The position numbers and the translations under genes were made by a program. From an uncultured Dehalococcoidia bacterium (GTDB lineage: Bacteria > Chloroflexota > Dehalococcoidia > Lucifugimonadales > UBA826), in contig CAYFIW010000001.1 in assembly GCA_964343265.1 (NCBI GenBank), forward strand, positions 72,512 to 136,511: a stretch of 64,000 nt of DNA, given 5' to 3'. Shown piece by piece: positions 9,119 through 18,468 of this stretch (its first letter is position 1; each line of letters begins with the position of its first letter). The notes beneath the pieces are model-generated. The model worked only from the letters and a program-made list of their open reading frames with translations. It had not been told where the DNA came from and searched no databases.

Positions 9119-9466
9119 TTGGCAATTCTTATAAGCTTCGATATAGATGGAACTTTGGAAATTGGTGACCCTCCTGGCGCTGTAACGATGGAAATGGTTC
9201 GAATAGCTAGGAAAAGGGGCTTTATAACCGGAAGTTGTTCCGATAGACCTATGAGTACCCAGAGGGCTATTTGGAGAGAACATGATATCGAATTCGATTT
9301 CGTTTGTTATAAGCACATGCTCCCCAATTTAAAAGAGGACTTCAAAGCCGATGCATATTGGCATGTGGGAGATCGGGATGACCTTGATAGAAAGTATGCT
9401 ATTCGTGCAGGATTTGATTTCTTGTGGCCCGATGAGGCTGCAGTAAAAGAATGGTTTCTTAGATAA
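9119..9466 (+). CDS. minimal HAD-superfamily hydrolase-like protein (capless, 115 aa)
   Basis: FDIDGTLE (DxDGT motif I), GSCSDR (motif II-like), GDRDDLD (motif IV-like). TTG start. Confidence 0.55.
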   Translation: MAILISFDIDGTLEIGDPPGAVTMEMVRIARKRGFITGSCSDRPMSTQRAIWREHDIEFDFVCYKHMLPNLKEDFKADAYWHVGDRDDLDRKYAIRAGFDFLWPDEAAVKEWFLR

Positions 9467-9499
9467 CTATTGTTATTCCAACACAGCTGAGGTGAGGAA

Positions 9500-10693
9500 A
9501 TGGATTTTTCATTCAGTCTTGAAAATGAAGATTTTCGAAGTCAACTCATTAGTTTTCTAGATGAATCGTTACCTGAAGATTGGAATAACCTGGGTAATGG
9601 CAGTCCTTATTCCCCAGTCAATTTGGAATTTACCCAGGCTATGTCTACTGAATTGGCAAAAAAAGGATGGTTGACCATGGCGTGGCCGGAGGAATACGGG
9701 GGTCAAGGTCGGTCCATTATGGAGCAGCTTATATATCGGGAAGAGATGACTTATAGAAGTGTTCCTGGGTCTGATCTTGGTACGGGAGCTATAAGTTGGG
9801 TGGGACCTACCTTAATGATGGCAGGTACAGAAGAACAAAAAGTGGAACATATTCCGCCTATCACTAGAGCTGAAAGGTACTGGTGCACTTTATATAGCGA
9901 ACCTGAGTCCGGCTCCGATCTAGCATCACTAAAGACTCAAGCTGTAAGAGATGGTGATGAGTATATTATCAATGGTTCAAAAATATGGACCAGTTCTGCT
10001 CATATTGCTGATTGGGGTTGGCTTGCTGCGAGGACAGATCTGAATGCACCCAAGCATAGGGGTATAAGTTTGCTCATGTTGGATATGAAGTCTCCAGGGG
10101 TTACTGTCAGGCCTATCTACAATATGGCTGGGGGACATGATTTTAACGAAGTTTTTTTTGAGGATGTTCGTATTCCAGCAAAAAATCTAGTAGGCGAAGA
10201 AAACAAAGGGTGGTATACCTTAGCAGTCGCTTTAGATTTTGAAAGATCTGGAGTTGGATACTCCGCAACTTGTCGAAAAATGCTTGAGGCTGTCATTGAA
10301 TATTCAAAAAATAATGAAGGTAGAGATGGTAGCTTATTATGGGAAGATGCTGTGGTCAGAAACCGTCTTGCTGAGAGATGGACTGAAACTGAAGTTTCGC
10401 GTTGGTTGTCTTATCGGGTAGCTTGGATGCAAGCTCAAGGTTTGGTACCAAATTATGAAGCGTCAATGTCAAAAATGTATGGGACAGAACTTACACAACG
10501 CGTCGCAAATACATCTATGAAGGTGATAGGTATGAAAGGCGGAGCGCAGTTATATGAGCCTGAGCCTTCACCTGTAGAATCTGCAGTTCGGAATATGTAC
10601 CTAAACTCTGTTTCGGCAACTATTGCCGCTGGAACTTCGGAAATACAAAGAAATATCGTGGCAGGTAGAGGCCTGGGGTTACCGAGAGGCTGA
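9500..10693 (+). CDS. acyl-CoA dehydrogenase
   Basis: 397 aa. YSEPESGSDLASL, WTSSAH, and GTSEIQRNIVAGRGLGLPR at the C-terminus. Confidence 0.85.
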   Translation: MDFSFSLENEDFRSQLISFLDESLPEDWNNLGNGSPYSPVNLEFTQAMSTELAKKGWLTMAWPEEYGGQGRSIMEQLIYREEMTYRSVPGSDLGTGAISWVGPTLMMAGTEEQKVEHIPPITRAERYWCTLYSEPESGSDLASLKTQAVRDGDEYIINGSKIWTSSAHIADWGWLAARTDLNAPKHRGISLLMLDMKSPGVTVRPIYNMAGGHDFNEVFFEDVRIPAKNLVGEENKGWYTLAVALDFERSGVGYSATCRKMLEAVIEYSKNNEGRDGSLLWEDAVVRNRLAERWTETEVSRWLSYRVAWMQAQGLVPNYEASMSKMYGTELTQRVANTSMKVIGMKGGAQLYEPEPSPVESAVRNMYLNSVSATIAAGTSEIQRNIVAGRGLGLPRG

Positions 10694-10719
10694 TATTTTT
10701 TGGTGGGGAGGGATTTTGT

Positions 10720-11991
10720 TTGAAGATAAAACCGAGTGATCCTCCCAGACTAGACTTACCTGTTTTGCCTTTTAAGGTTCTAGACCTAACAGAAGGAGGC
10801 CACAATCTTTGTGGCAGATTGTTGGGAGACATGGGTGCTGATGTGGTGAGAGTAGAGCCTCCAGGGGGAAGTCCAACTAGGTTGAGGGGTCCATTTGCCT
10901 CGGGAGCGAAGGACTTGTTACAGCATAGCCTTTACTGGGCGGCGTATAACTCGAATAAGAGGGGAATTACATTAGATATTTCTTCTCAAAAGGGCCAAGA
11001 AATCTTGTCGAAGTTAATTTCCGAAAGTGATGTTATTTTGGAATCATTTTCCCCAGGTTACCTAGAGTGTCTGGGGATCAGCTCAGATTTTTTGGATTCA
11101 TGTAACTCGAAACTTGTTCATACCTCTATTACCCCATTTGGATCAAGTGGCCCTCATTCTCAATTTATTTCTACAGATTTGATAACTTCAGCTATGGGCG
11201 GTATGCCTTATCTGTCCGGTGACAAAGATAGACCTCCGGTTAGGATCAGCTTTCCCCAAGCCGAATTAAATGCAGGGTCACAGGCTTTTGCCGGCACCAT
11301 GGCCGCTCTTTGGCATAGTGATAGGACAGGCATTGGCCAGAGAGTGGAAGTAAGCGAACAAGTAGCAGTTATATGGACGTTAATGAATGCAACGCCCTTT
11401 CCACCTCTCGAAAAAATGGATATGAAAAGGGCGGGAACTTTTCGGCAACGAGGACCTATAGAGGCTCGACACGTGTATAAATGCAAGGATGGACACGTCA
11501 CAATTTTAGCCCAGGCTGCCACTCTGGATAAACTATTGAAATGGATGATTGATGAAGATGAAGTTCCACCTGATGTCGCCTCATATGATCCAATCTCTTG
11601 GAATATAACTACTGATAGTCAAACAAACTCAAGGGAGATATATGAGTTCAAACGGTTAGAGGAATTTTTGGAAAAATTTATGCTAATGAAAAATAAATCT
11701 GAACTTTTTGATAGGGCTGTGTCTGATAAATTGCTATTGGCACCCTGTAACACAGTTCAAGATATTAGTAAAAGTCTTCAACTAGAGAGCAGGAATTATT
11801 GGGTGGATTTATATCATCCCGAATTAGAAAGAGAAATTCGTCATCTTGGTCCTCCCATAAGGTTATCAAAGACTCCTTTTAGGCTTAGATGTCCGTCGCC
11901 TTCGATTGGTCAACACAATGAAGAAATATACGGTGAGTTAGGTCTAAATTCTGATGATCAATTTCAACTTAATGAACAGGGTGTGATATGA
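10720..11991 (+). CDS. family III CoA-transferase (CaiB/BaiF)
   Basis: VLDLT...LLGDMGADVVRVEPPGG N-terminus and TGIGQRVEVS block. TTG start preceded by a GGGGAGGG RBS. Confidence 0.85.
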   Translation: MKIKPSDPPRLDLPVLPFKVLDLTEGGHNLCGRLLGDMGADVVRVEPPGGSPTRLRGPFASGAKDLLQHSLYWAAYNSNKRGITLDISSQKGQEILSKLISESDVILESFSPGYLECLGISSDFLDSCNSKLVHTSITPFGSSGPHSQFISTDLITSAMGGMPYLSGDKDRPPVRISFPQAELNAGSQAFAGTMAALWHSDRTGIGQRVEVSEQVAVIWTLMNATPFPPLEKMDMKRAGTFRQRGPIEARHVYKCKDGHVTILAQAATLDKLLKWMIDEDEVPPDVASYDPISWNITTDSQTNSREIYEFKRLEEFLEKFMLMKNKSELFDRAVSDKLLLAPCNTVQDISKSLQLESRNYWVDLYHPELEREIRHLGPPIRLSKTPFRLRCPSPSIGQHNEEIYGELGLNSDDQFQLNEQGVI

Positions 11992-13262
11992 ATCAAATTG
12001 ATCAGAAAAATGAGGATTTCACAGAAGATCTATTTCACGGAATAAAGGTTCTTGATTTCTCCTGGGTGGGAGTTGGACCAATAACAACAAAATATTTTGC
12101 GGACCTTGGGGGAGAAGTTATTCGTATTGAGTCCGTGACTCGTCCTGATGTTCTCAGGGGTGCCCCGCCATTCAAGGATGGTGTTCCAGGGATTAACCGA
12201 AGCCAATTTGGGGCAAATTGGAACACAAGTAAAAAAGGGCTTGGAATGAACTTGGCTCTCCAAGAGTCAAGAGATTTGGTTCTTAAACTTATAGACGAAT
12301 GGAAGCCGGATATTATTGCAGAAAGCTTTACGCCCAGAGTAATGAAGTCATGGAAATTGGACTACAAATCTATTAGTGGACTTCATCCAGAGATTATATA
12401 TTTCAGTACTTGTCAAATGGGCCAAACTGGACCACAGTCTTCCTATGCAGGATTTGGACAATTGGCTGGATCGTTAGCTGGTTTTTATTCCTTGACTGGT
12501 TGGCCTGATCGAGATCCCGCGGGACCTTATGGGGCTTATTCAGATTTTTTAAACCCTCCTATTGCCTTTGGGGCTATTATTGCAGCGTTAATGTACCGAA
12601 ATAGAACAGGGGTGGGTCAACACATTGACTTGTCTCAATTTGAAGGTGCCACTCATTTTTTGGCTCCTCACATCATGAAATACAACGATGATGGAACGGT
12701 TTTTTCCAGGATCGGAAATGAAGAATATGAGTCAATTCCGCATGATATATATCCTGCGAAGGATGAACTAAGAAAAATGGTAGGTCTAGGAGAATCATGG
12801 ATAGCCATATCAGTGCAAACTGACAGCCAGTGGGAGTCTCTGGCGTTAATAATCGGCTTAGAAGATGACTTGAGATTGAAAAATATAGAGGGTAGAAAAG
12901 AATATAAGTCCATTATTGACTCTGCAATTACAGAATGGTGTTCTAATCGAGGCGCGCAGGAAATTATGATTTTTTTGCAGAATGCTGGAATTCCTGCAGG
13001 GGCAGTTCAAAGCCAATCTGATCTTTGGAATGATCCTCAGCTAGAACACATGAAATATTTTTGCTGGTTATACCACCCGGAGGTCGGGCCAATGCCTTAC
13101 GATGGACAGCAATTTCAGCTGTCAGAAACACCAAGTAAGCTACGGGCACCGCAAGCCATGATAGGGGAGCATAATGAGGAAATCCTGAGAAATTATCTGA
13201 AGCTCAATCGTCAACAAATAGGAGATTTGTTTGAGCGCGGAGTTTTAGAGAACTCTATGTAA
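11988..13262 (+). CDS. family III CoA-transferase (CaiB/BaiF)
   Basis: VLDFS...LGGEVIRIES, YSDF (catalytic Asp region), TGVGQHIDLS. ATGA overlap with the upstream gene. Confidence 0.85.
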   Translation: MNQIDQKNEDFTEDLFHGIKVLDFSWVGVGPITTKYFADLGGEVIRIESVTRPDVLRGAPPFKDGVPGINRSQFGANWNTSKKGLGMNLALQESRDLVLKLIDEWKPDIIAESFTPRVMKSWKLDYKSISGLHPEIIYFSTCQMGQTGPQSSYAGFGQLAGSLAGFYSLTGWPDRDPAGPYGAYSDFLNPPIAFGAIIAALMYRNRTGVGQHIDLSQFEGATHFLAPHIMKYNDDGTVFSRIGNEEYESIPHDIYPAKDELRKMVGLGESWIAISVQTDSQWESLALIIGLEDDLRLKNIEGRKEYKSIIDSAITEWCSNRGAQEIMIFLQNAGIPAGAVQSQSDLWNDPQLEHMKYFCWLYHPEVGPMPYDGQQFQLSETPSKLRAPQAMIGEHNEEILRNYLKLNRQQIGDLFERGVLENSM

Positions 13263-13288
13263 ATTTATCAAAGGGGTATACAACCATA

Positions 13289-14485
13289 ATGACCACAACT
13301 AAAGGTCCTTTGTCCGGGTTCAGAATCATTGATTTGACTAGGATGGCACCAGGCCCTTTTTGCACGATGATGTTTGGTGACATGGGGGCGGATGTGATAA
13401 GGATTGAGCCACCGCCCTCTTCTCGAATATCCAATAAAGGGGCACTGCCTCAGAATGAGGAAGCTCGAAACATAACTTGGAATCCTCTAACAAGAAATAA
13501 ACGCAGCATAATTATGGATCTAAAGGAAGACAAAGCTCGCGAGGTTTTTTTTCATCTTTGTAAAAACGCTGATGTATTAGTTGAAGGATTTAGACCTGGA
13601 GTTGTAAAAAGGTTGGGATGTGATTACGAAACAGTGAGGACTGTAAACGAGAAAATTATATATTGTTCGATTTCTGGATATGGACAAACAGGTCCCTACA
13701 AAGACCTCGTTGGACATGACATTAACTACATATCTATAGGTGGGGCTTTAGGTATGATTGGTTCTTCTGATGGAACTCCCGCAATTCCATATAACATAAT
13801 TGCGGATTTTGCGGCTGGTGGGATGCATGCAGCTTTCTCAATAGTTTCAGCGTTGCTTCATCGCGAGAGGACCGGAATTGGTCAATCTATAGATATAGCT
13901 ATGTCAGATGGAGTGGCCTACTTGTTGGCCGCAGCTGCTGGCGAGCATTTGCGAAGTGGACTTGTTCCCACCCCTGGAGAGATGACGTTAAATGGAGGCG
14001 TGCCTTTCTATAATGTTTTCCGATGCCTTGACGGGAAATTCATAAGTATTGGTTGTATAGAAGGTTGGTTTTGGGAAAATCTGTGTTCAGCTATAGGAAT
14101 GGATGATTTTACTAAATCTCAATTTGACAAAGAAAATTACGAGGCTATATTCGATTCTATGAAAGATCAGTTTTTGAAGAAAACCAGAGATCAGTGGTGG
14201 GAAGAGTTAAAAATTCATGAGGATATAGCTGTTGCACCAGTTCTTAATATGGAAGAGGTTTTGCAGGATCCGCATGTAGGTTTTCGGGAAATGATAGTTA
14301 ATGTGGGAAGTTTTGGTGGAGAGATGGTCAAGCAAATCGGAATAGGTCCAAAATTTTCTAAAACTCCCGGCTCAATCAGATCTTTGGGTAAACTTCCAGG
14401 TTCTAACACGAGAGAAATTTTGCTGGAAAGTGGATATTCTCAGACAGAAATAGAAAGCTTGTATCAGATGGAAGTGATTTTTTGA
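13289..14485 (+). CDS. family III CoA-transferase, alpha-methylacyl-CoA racemase-like
   Basis: IIDLTRMAPGPFCTMMFGDMGADVIRIEPP, the GHDINYISIGG motif characteristic of MCR/AMACR, and ADFAAGG (Asp). Confidence 0.75.
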   Translation: MTTTKGPLSGFRIIDLTRMAPGPFCTMMFGDMGADVIRIEPPPSSRISNKGALPQNEEARNITWNPLTRNKRSIIMDLKEDKAREVFFHLCKNADVLVEGFRPGVVKRLGCDYETVRTVNEKIIYCSISGYGQTGPYKDLVGHDINYISIGGALGMIGSSDGTPAIPYNIIADFAAGGMHAAFSIVSALLHRERTGIGQSIDIAMSDGVAYLLAAAAGEHLRSGLVPTPGEMTLNGGVPFYNVFRCLDGKFISIGCIEGWFWENLCSAIGMDDFTKSQFDKENYEAIFDSMKDQFLKKTRDQWWEELKIHEDIAVAPVLNMEEVLQDPHVGFREMIVNVGSFGGEMVKQIGIGPKFSKTPGSIRSLGKLPGSNTREILLESGYSQTEIESLYQMEVIF

Positions 14486-14525
14486 CCAATAGTGTGACTT
14501 CTATATTTTGAGAGGTGAGGCTCGT

Positions 14526-15704
14526 ATGGATTTTCGTTTTACCCCTGAACAAGACAGTTGGAGACTAGAGGTAAGAGAGGCTATCGATGCTCTCATGACC
14601 AGAGAGGTAAAGGAAGAATTGAAAGGTCGTCCTGACTTAGGCCCTGGTATTGAACAAAAAAAATTCATGGAAGGGTTGGGAAAGAAAGGCCTGTTAGGAA
14701 TATCATGGCCAGTCGAGTATGGTGGATTAGGCAGATCCCTTATGGATCAATACATATTTTCTGAAGAGATTGGTCGAGCCGGTTCTCCTTATACCAATTC
14801 AACGGCTGTAACCATGGTAGGTCCCACTATTATGAGAGCAGGTAGTGAAGACCAGAAGAAAGAATGGTTACCAAAGATGTTGAGCGGGGAAGTGGAATGT
14901 GCTTTAGGTTACACAGAGCCAAACTCTGGTACAGACCTTGCGAGTTTGGAGACTAGAGCTATAGAAGATGGTGACGATTACGTCATTAACGGACAGAAAA
15001 TATATACAAGTGCCGCGCATTTTTCTAATTATATTTGGCTTCTGGCACGAACCGATCAAGATGCTCCAAAACATAGAGGTTTGTCGGCATTCTTAGTTCC
15101 GACCGATTCACCTGGTTTAAGCATAAATCCCCTTTGGAGAATGGATGATGGTAGAACGAACCAAGTCTTCTTTGATAATGTGAGAATACCAAGAAAAAAC
15201 CTTATCGGTGAACAAAATCGGGGTTGGTATCATGTGGCCATGGCTCTCGATTTCGAAAGAGTTAGCTTAGGTGCCAGATATGCTTCACTGTCGGATCGTT
15301 TGCAAAAAATAATTAAATACGCCAACGAAACGGAAGTTGACGGTAGGCCTATTTCACAGGATCCGCACATCAGGGAACGGTTTGTTGAGATTGGTATGAA
15401 ATTGGAAACTGTAAGGCTTTTTTCTTATCGGACTGCTTGGATGATCGATAAAGGGGAAGTTCCTAATTATGAAAGTTCGGCTTTAAAAATCATTGCGACT
15501 GATCTTATCCAAGAGGTTGCGGATTTTGGACTTGAAGTATTAGGCCCCTACGGTCAGCTAACCCGAAATGATTCACGTGCTCCGCTTGATGGAGAAATGG
15601 AGAGAGCCTATAGAGGGGGGATTTTTCTGCGTTTTGGTGGAGGTGCAAATGAAGTGCAAAAAGACATTATAGCGAGGCGCGGACTTGGCCTACCGAGATT
15701 GTGA
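14526..15704 (+). CDS. acyl-CoA dehydrogenase
   Basis: YTEPNSGTDLASL, YTSAAH, GGANEVQKDIIARRGLGLPR. GAGGTGAGG RBS before ATG 14526 (the ORF opens at 14508). Confidence 0.85.
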   Translation: MDFRFTPEQDSWRLEVREAIDALMTREVKEELKGRPDLGPGIEQKKFMEGLGKKGLLGISWPVEYGGLGRSLMDQYIFSEEIGRAGSPYTNSTAVTMVGPTIMRAGSEDQKKEWLPKMLSGEVECALGYTEPNSGTDLASLETRAIEDGDDYVINGQKIYTSAAHFSNYIWLLARTDQDAPKHRGLSAFLVPTDSPGLSINPLWRMDDGRTNQVFFDNVRIPRKNLIGEQNRGWYHVAMALDFERVSLGARYASLSDRLQKIIKYANETEVDGRPISQDPHIRERFVEIGMKLETVRLFSYRTAWMIDKGEVPNYESSALKIIATDLIQEVADFGLEVLGPYGQLTRNDSRAPLDGEMERAYRGGIFLRFGGGANEVQKDIIARRGLGLPRL

Positions 15705-15761
15705 AAACAGCTCGATATTTGGTTTCTGGATGTGAAAATTAGTCAGGAGATGTGACAAGGA

Positions 15762-16886
15762 ATGGATCTCGGATTGACTCAAGAACAAGAAATTCTTCGT
15801 CGTTCGGCAAGAGGTTTTTTGGAAGCTGAATGTCCGACTGGACTAGTCAGGGATATGGAATCATCTGAAAATGATGTGCCTGAGGAACTATGGGGAAAAA
15901 TGGCATCCTTGGGATGGATGGGTATCATTAACAGAAATCAATATGGTGGGAATGAAGGTTCATATACTGATTTAGCGGTACTTTTAGAGGAAATGGGACG
16001 TTTTTTAGTGCCGGGTCCATTCTTTAATTCCGTTGTCGAAACTGCTCCATTATTAAATTCATTAGCTTCTAACGAAATAAAGTCTCAATACATTCCACAG
16101 ATATCAAGCGGTTCCACTATAGGTACATGTGCCTTCCAAGAATCAGATTTTAGATATTTTCCAGAGGCGGTGAAATCAAGATTACGATTGTCGAAAAATG
16201 GATATTTACTCAATGGAACTAAATTATTTGTTGAACATGCTAGAGCTGCCGACTTATTTGTAACAATAGCCACCCACGAAGATTCCAACGAAATGTCCAT
16301 GTTGTTACTAAGTTCTTCTATTCCCGGGATAGCAATAAAAACCATGGAAAGTCTTTCTGGTGAACCTTTGTATGAGGTTAGTTTTGATAATGTTGAAATA
16401 CATGAAAGTGCGATTTTGGGTGAAAAAGGAAGAGGATGGGAATACATACGCCAATATCTTGATATTTCAACTATTATGAGTTGTGCTCGGAGTGTTGGAG
16501 GGACACAAGCAGTGATCGAAAGGACTGTTGAATATGTAAAAGGTAGGGTGCAATTCGGTCGACCTATAGGTAGTTTTCAATCCGTGCAACACGATTGTGC
16601 AGATATGGTTAACAAAGTAGATGCTGCGAGACTAGCTACATTTCAAGCGATAGCTAAACTGGAAGACGGTGAAGATGCTTCAAGAGAAATATCTCTTGCA
16701 CGTATGTTGACTGACCACGCTTATAAATGGACTACACTGACATCTCAGCAACTCCATGGAGGGGTTGCTTTCATGAAGGAATATGATTTGCAACTTTGGA
16801 CTCGTCGAGCTCGGGTTGCTGAATTTAAATTTGAACTGGCTTCAATTCACAGGGAAAGATATTCTAAAGAAATGGGATTGAAGTGA
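15762..16886 (+). CDS. acyl-CoA dehydrogenase family protein (divergent C-terminus, possible heteromer partner)
   Basis: 374 aa with ACAD fold blocks (FGRPIGSFQSVQH, LHGGVAFMKEYDLQLWTRRA). Lacks the GLGLPR-type tail of its neighbours. Confidence 0.8.
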   Translation: MDLGLTQEQEILRRSARGFLEAECPTGLVRDMESSENDVPEELWGKMASLGWMGIINRNQYGGNEGSYTDLAVLLEEMGRFLVPGPFFNSVVETAPLLNSLASNEIKSQYIPQISSGSTIGTCAFQESDFRYFPEAVKSRLRLSKNGYLLNGTKLFVEHARAADLFVTIATHEDSNEMSMLLLSSSIPGIAIKTMESLSGEPLYEVSFDNVEIHESAILGEKGRGWEYIRQYLDISTIMSCARSVGGTQAVIERTVEYVKGRVQFGRPIGSFQSVQHDCADMVNKVDAARLATFQAIAKLEDGEDASREISLARMLTDHAYKWTTLTSQQLHGGVAFMKEYDLQLWTRRARVAEFKFELASIHRERYSKEMGLK

Positions 16887-16932
16887 ATTTATTGGAGTTT
16901 TAGGTCTTTTGAAATAGTGGTGGAGTCAAAGA

Positions 16933-18387
16933 ATGGGATGGAAGAATGACTATAAGAGTAGGTTAGTTGGTCTAGAAGAGGCCCTGCAAGGTTTGCGTGA
17001 TGGGGATAGAGTGGTTATTCCTTTGACAGAACAGCCGATGGATTTGATTTCTCAATTGATGAAAGAAGCTAGTCGGCTTTCTAATGTTTCAATATGTGTG
17101 TCGACCCCGGCCTTTGATATGGGTCTATTGATCGAACAAGGCGTAGATGTGGAGGTTGAAGTTTTTTTGGGTCCTTTGGCCAGACAGTATGAAAATGAAG
17201 GGATAGCCCCGTTTTTACCGCTTCCGTTTTCTATGACCTTCAAGGCTAATGATGAAAGGCCTCAGGAGGCTAAATCTATTGACGTTTGCCTCGTCTCTGT
17301 AACACCTCCAAATGATGAAGGGATGGTATCTTTTGGTCCCCAACCTTGGTTTAAGATGGGATATTCGAAAAGGGCTACAACAGTAATTGCTGAAGTAAAC
17401 CCTAATTTGATCAGAACTCACGGCGATTGTTTTATGCATGTCGATGAGTTTGATTTTTTTGTAGAAAAAGATTTTGTGATTCACACAACTGAAACCTTGC
17501 TTGCATTGGTTTCAGGATATGGTGAACCAAGGAGATCGGCTCTAGAGGAAATCATAAGGTCGGTCAGTTCAGAGCGATTGGCTCCGCTCGCCAGTCGTTT
17601 TGAGAATATTGATATACAAGTTTTGAGAACCATGTTCGGGCTGGATGATGCCTCTGACCAAATTAAATCTATAGCAAATCACGTGGAAGCTCTAATACCT
17701 CATGGGGCGTGTATACAAATTGGTGTTGGATCTCCGTCCTCGTATTTGCCACGACTTGGTATTTTTGATAATAAAATTGACCTGGGTTTACATACTGAGT
17801 TGACTGTTCCTGGCATAGCTAGGCTAGTTGAAGCTAGGGTTATTAATGGTTCACAAAAGAATGTACATGAAAATAAAGCTGTAGCAGTGTCTTGGTCTGG
17901 CTCTGATGACAGGGACTTGAAGATCATAGATGGCAATCGTAACTTTGAATTATATGAACCTGATTACTTACTTAATCCGTCTCTGATCTCCTCTAATGAT
18001 CATCAGGTTGCGATAAATAATGCCTTGACAGTTGATCTAACGGGTCAAATATGTTCGGAAAGCATTTTTGGAGGAAAGATGATCAATGGAATCGGGGGAC
18101 AACCTGAGACGCATATGGGAGCTTTATATTCAAAAGGTGGGCGTGCCATAACGCTTTTACAGTCCACTGCGATGTCAGGATCCATCTCCAGGATAGTGCC
18201 GAAATTAAATGAGGGGGAACTTGTTACTATTCCTAGATATTGGGCGGATACAATTGTTACTGAATATGGAGTTGCTAATCTCCTCGGGAAAAATCATCGT
18301 GAAAGGGCTGAGCAACTCATTGGTATTGCTCACCCTGATTTCAGAGAAGATCTTAGTAAATCCTTAAAAGGTTGGCTAATTCCATAA
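16933..18387 (+). CDS. acetyl-CoA hydrolase/transferase family protein (4-hydroxybutyrate CoA-transferase-like)
   Basis: 484 aa. INGIGGQPETHMGA block matches the GGQxDF/GA region of this family, with a two-domain layout. Confidence 0.75.
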   Translation: MGWKNDYKSRLVGLEEALQGLRDGDRVVIPLTEQPMDLISQLMKEASRLSNVSICVSTPAFDMGLLIEQGVDVEVEVFLGPLARQYENEGIAPFLPLPFSMTFKANDERPQEAKSIDVCLVSVTPPNDEGMVSFGPQPWFKMGYSKRATTVIAEVNPNLIRTHGDCFMHVDEFDFFVEKDFVIHTTETLLALVSGYGEPRRSALEEIIRSVSSERLAPLASRFENIDIQVLRTMFGLDDASDQIKSIANHVEALIPHGACIQIGVGSPSSYLPRLGIFDNKIDLGLHTELTVPGIARLVEARVINGSQKNVHENKAVAVSWSGSDDRDLKIIDGNRNFELYEPDYLLNPSLISSNDHQVAINNALTVDLTGQICSESIFGGKMINGIGGQPETHMGALYSKGGRAITLLQSTAMSGSISRIVPKLNEGELVTIPRYWADTIVTEYGVANLLGKNHRERAEQLIGIAHPDFREDLSKSLKGWLIP

Positions 18388-18468
18388 AGTCGAAAGCGTC
18401 GATTCTCTTTTTGGTAGTTGATATGTATACATAAAATGTCGATAAAAAGGTAAGTTTGGGGGTAAGCA

